A stretch of DNA of 64,000 nucleotides from Podarcis tiliguerta (taxonomy: Eukaryota). Position 1 is the first letter of the stretch. Each line of letters starts with the position of its first letter. Made by a program: the position numbers and the translations under genes. Shown here one piece after another: positions 62,007-64,000 of the stretch. The notes under the pieces are model-generated. The model was not told the DNA's origin, ran no database searches, and saw only the letters and a list, made by a program, of their open reading frames with translations. The DNA is taken from the NCBI GenBank assembly GCA_965153285.1, contig OZ229115.1; one strand, 5' to 3'.

Positions 62007-63490
62007 CTAGCACTTTCAGCCAGTTGCAGCGGGAATGTCCAAGAGCAGAGACGGGTTCTTCCCAGCCAGCCGCCCATTTGTTAGTCCTTCTGTGCAGATG
62101 CTGCTGCTGTTGTTGCAGCATCAAGCCTCCCCATGACCAACCAGTTCTGACCACAGTATTTGGGTTCATTGCCACAGCGCCAAAGGTGGGACCAGCTTCT
62201 AGCGTTTCCAATTTCCAGATGAATTTCTGTTAATGCCCCCACTCCTCCTTCTCCCCTTGACAGCATTTCATGGTGAGAGTCACTGGGTGGATGGAATGGG
62301 ATCTTTTATATATGTAAAATAGTTAAACTTAGTCTTTTATATCTTTTCTTTTTTAAATTCTTTTGCAAGTCTTAATGTTTTGCTCAAGCAAAACAGGAGA
62401 ATGGAGGTGGTGGGGTTTGAATTTCCTTTTGCTTCCCCCGCCCTTAACTCTTTTGTTGTCTCAATCAAGGTGGTGCTGCCCATTTTCGGGCAGCCCCAGG
62501 TTAATATTAGTGGCTGGCTCACAGCTCTGGGACCCTTCCACTCCCTCTTCAGTCCTTTGTAGAATATTCAATTTCACAGAGCTGGAGCCAACTTAATGCT
62601 TATTTCTAAAGCCTTTTATTCATAAGCCTGTCTGTCAGGTGGGACTCCAGCAGCTATTAGATGCTTGGTCCTATTGACATGTGTCCAGTGACCTCATATT
62701 TGTCAGCAGATCCCTTATGAACTTTCCATTTGAGGGAGAGACCCACTGCTTGGGATTCTCTTGTTAAGATGGGGGGGAAATGTGGCATCCTTGCCGCACA
62801 AAAACCACGTTCCCAAAAGGGACCTGACCGACACATTTATTTAGTTCTTTCTGTGCCAGTAGCATCCTGAGGTGCTGTTGCCTAGGCAACTGTGGCCAAC
62901 CAAGTGCATTGGAGCACCTTCCAAGGTGAAAGAGCACAACTCTGGGAAGTCAAGCCTTCCTGCACAAACAACCCCGGCATGGGGGTGCCTTGGCTATTAG
63001 GGAGGGAGGGGTGGGATTCTTCAGGTAAGGAATTCAGTTCTCAGAGGCTGAGTGTAACTATAATTTCTGCTATCCTGTACCACATTTAAAAGTCATTAGA
63101 ATGCTGTATTTTTCACTATGACAGGATGGTCTAATTAACCAATGTGGCAAGGCTACTGGACTTAATTTAACGGTACTATATATTAATACTCCTTATTCTC
63201 TCTCACTTGCACTAAAGGCAGGGAGATTACAGCCTTCTCCCAGGTGCATAGTTCTATAAATAAAGGTGGTGGAAAGGTCTCTAACTATATTATCCAATGT
63301 ATTCAAATTACATTGAAATCAACAATCCTGGGTTGGTGATGTTGGAGAGAACATTCATTTTTACCTTGTGAAAGCATAGTGCTGTAGGGGTCACTGTTGT
63401 ATACAGTCTGTTTTCTATTTGTTAATAAAAATCTACAGCATCATTGCATAATTCTTGATGTTAATAAATTTGAATAATCGGGTTTCCTAC
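62007..63490 (+). other. PTPRF: PTPRF 3' UTR (end approximate)
   Basis: Follows the stop; AATAAA at 63259, 63424 and 63463, then a GU/U-rich tract from ~63492. Confidence 0.75.
63463..63468 (+). terminator. Polyadenylation signal AATAAA (likely main site)
   Basis: AATAAA followed ~25 nt later by tgttcgctttgctgtcttgttttatttg, a typical downstream element. Confidence 0.7.
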
Positions 63491-63890
63491 ATGTTCGCTT
63501 TGCTGTCTTGTTTTATTTGCCAGTTAGCGGATAAACCTGCAGTTACCCTGGCAGGAGCTCCAAAAGACCACAACACTGTGGGAGTGAATCCTACCTGTCC
63601 ATGTGTTAGAAAGCAGAACTCAAACAAAATTCTGTGAAAGCAAAATGCTCTTGCTTGGCCGCTCACACAGACAAGAAAAAGGAGGAACGGCTGGAACTGT
63701 TCACCTTTCAGCAGAAGAAGGGTGTGCCATGAATCATTTCCACATGGACAATTTGGCTGCTGAAACAATAGCACTTACATGATGTATCAATAGAATACGG
63801 CGTTCTTGATAGGATAGTATGGAAGTGCTGCTGTTTGTAATACACTACATGTGTCATATATGGGAATGTTGAGGGTGGCAGGAGAGGATA

Positions 63891-64000
63891 CAGTGGTACC
63901 TCGGGTTATATATGCTTCAGGTTACAGACTCCACTAACCCAGAAATAATTACCTCGGGATCAGAACAGAAATTGTGCAGCGGTTGCGGGAGGCCCCATTA
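63891..64000. mobile_element. Tigger/pogo-like MITE, left end (runs off the window)
   Basis: TA followed by CAGTGGTACCTCGGGTT terminus with an internal tacctcggg repeat. Confidence 0.65.

Overview
Vertebrate genomic DNA from a squamate reptile, probably a lacertid lizard judging by the Sauria SINEs. It is not prokaryotic. The window holds the 3' two-thirds of PTPRF (LAR receptor tyrosine phosphatase) on the + strand. I traced 21 core coding exons by GT-AG boundaries and phase continuity, from the end of FN3 repeat 4 through FN5-FN8, the furin site, the TM helix, catalytic PTP D1 and D2, to the stop (…FDHYAT*, 62004-62006) and poly(A) signals near 63.46 kb. Three in-frame microexons (27, 12 and 33 nt) are missed or misframed by the ORF track. 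The introns contain Sauria SINEs, CR1/L2/RTE LINE fragments, Tc1/mariner and hAT MITEs, and microsatellites. The most unusual observations are: (1) a ~200-bp three-part retro-chimera made of the spliced, CCA-tailed 3' half of tRNA-Tyr, a Sauria SINE 5' end and a CR1-type 3' end, with a substitution exactly at tRNA position 58 (m1A); (2) a Tc2-like MITE carrying a 99-bp tandem array in which each unit is two 40-bp palindromes with a TGCATG motif in the linker; (3) a diverged meC microexon plus two unannotated-looking splice acceptors in the same intron. All comparisons with human LAR, tRNA or repeat consensus sequences are from memory; no searches were run.
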